A stretch of 63,347 bases of DNA, the filler included, from Octopus bimaculoides (Eukaryota), in NCBI RefSeq assembly GCF_001194135.2. It is 4 parts of 4 records of this genome, joined end to end, with 100 filler letters (N's around TTAATTAATTAA, not from the genome) between each part and the next. Parts side by side here need not be neighbours in the genome. Positions count along the whole stretch, not along the records: positions 61,347 to 63,347 come from NW_026369144.1; 3 more parts are not named here. The stretch is one strand, 5' to 3'. Of this stretch, positions 63,283-63,347 are shown piece after piece (the stretch's first letter is position 1; every line of letters begins with the position of its first letter). The notes beneath the pieces were generated by a model that saw nothing but the letters and a program-made list of their open reading frames with translations, searched no databases and had not been told where the DNA came from. A program made the position numbers and the translations under genes.

Positions 63283-63347
63283 TACATTTTCATTTTCGTT
63301 TTCATTTTATCTAGTTTCAGCTCATGAGCTGTGGCCATGCTGGGGCA

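Overview
AT-rich eukaryotic genomic DNA, dense in microsatellites, with many N gaps. The SINE/LINE repertoire looks octopod to me (probably Octopus); that is an inference from recalled repeat families, not a search result. Three identical artificial spacers (44 N + TTAATTAATTAA + 44 N; 27519-27618, 57338-57437, 61247-61346) show the window is at least four joined pieces, so neighbourhood across them should not be trusted. The only securely recognisable host-gene sequence is two + strand exons of a myosin motor domain (16948-17065, 19194-19349), most like a MyTH4-FERM/class XXII myosin. The rest is mostly decayed mobile DNA: a truncated Tc1 element, a Penelope-like RT fragment, CR1/L2-type and RTE LINEs, R4/Dong-type 3' ends inside (TAA)n tracts, several tRNA-derived SINE families, a TA-flanked MITE and a non-autonomous Helitron. 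I found no convincing new multi-gene system. The best leads are structural: a 227-bp fold-back made of two SINE heads, an E-box-packed 29-bp minisatellite in the myosin intron, a local duplication with a much better conserved core, a sharp CpG shift at the first join, a degenerate hammerhead-like motif, and a MITE whose centre may be LINE-derived. Most long ORFs in the track are gap or microsatellite artefacts. Boundaries of old repeats are approximate, and identities and counts were made by eye.
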